A stretch of DNA of 64,000 nt from Utricularia gibba (Eukaryota; Plantae; Magnoliophyta), in the NCBI GenBank assembly GCA_002189035.1, contig NEEC01000014.1:186001-250000 (forward strand), written 5' to 3'. The first letter of the stretch is position 1. Each line of letters starts with the position of its first letter. Below the pieces are notes generated by a model, which saw only the letters and a program-made list of their open reading frames with translations, had not been told where the DNA came from and did no database searches. Below, piece after piece: positions 63,466-64,000 of the stretch. The position numbers and the translations under genes were made by a program.

Positions 63466-64000
63466 ATGGAACGCCAAACACCATTCAAGATGTTACTGAC
63501 GCAATCTATCCGGAATGGGTTGAAACTCGTTTTCTTTTTTCTACTACTTTTGGGATGATCCTCGCATTTCTTTACAAAGGTATGCCCATCTTGAGTATAA
63601 CCCTAACCAAGGCAGTTATCAATTCCAGCATCAAACCAACCTCCCTCCAAGTGGATTCGACCGACGTTCTTGCTATAGCAGGTATGATTTCCTCTTAACG
63701 CAAAGATTAAAGAACGGAAAACCTTCTTTATATCTTCTCTCCAAGTTACGGAGCTATGAGGCTCGGCACAAGAGATGTGCTCCGTGTACATTTCTATATA
63801 ACATGACAATTCATGCCCTCAAATTCAACATGTCTACTGCACTCTTCGAATGCAAGTACGTTATATGGCTCCCTTCGGATGGATTAGGAAATAGAATCCT
63901 CAGTCTTGCTTCCACATTTTTGTATTCTCTTCTCACTGATAGGGTTATCCTCGTTGATCTCTTTTGTGAACCCTTTTCCTGAGAGTTTTTGGTTGCTTCC
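63466..64000 (+). pseudogene. Second GT37 fucosyltransferase paralog, 5' part, with several indels; runs off the right edge
   Basis: MERQ...LKLVFFFLL(FG)MIL TM anchor, then PSGFDRRSCYSRY, LSKLRSYEARHKRCAP, ECKYVIWLPSDGLGNRILSLAS, LFCEPF. Frameshifts near 63550, 63638 and 63975, plus an in-frame deletion after RVILVD. Confidence 0.85.

Noticed and set aside
1-64000. tRNA, rRNA or other structural RNA genes
   Set aside because: None recognised by eye; the only tRNA-complementary sequences are retrotransposon PBS sites.

Overview
A eudicot plant nuclear window (GT-AG introns, LTR retrotransposons, TTTAGGG repeats). The first ~10 kb is ordinary gene space: a CDK-like kinase running off the left edge, a small membrane protein, thioredoxin m, a DUF1218 protein and an ABCG9-like half-transporter. 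From ~11.8 kb to the right edge is a duplicated, TE-riddled cell-wall/glycoprotein locus. It holds two GT37 fucosyltransferase paralogs, a broken nucleotide-diphospho-sugar transferase and an intact type-II-membrane SAM methyltransferase. It also holds at least four broken copies of a signal-peptide + Ser-Pro4 + Ole e 1/phylloplanin-like gene. The FUT and Pro-rich genes form a divergent pair repeated in inverted orientation. TEs include three Copia elements inserted in Pro-rich gene exons, a Tat-type Gypsy with an antisense accessory ORF, a MuDR element and four solo LTRs. One solo LTR carries a clean 111-bp insertion of a GC-rich hairpin fused to telomeric repeats. Three otherwise intact genes share the same C6-to-C5 homopolymer frameshift, which suggests assembly error. 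All alignments were done by eye; no database searches were run.
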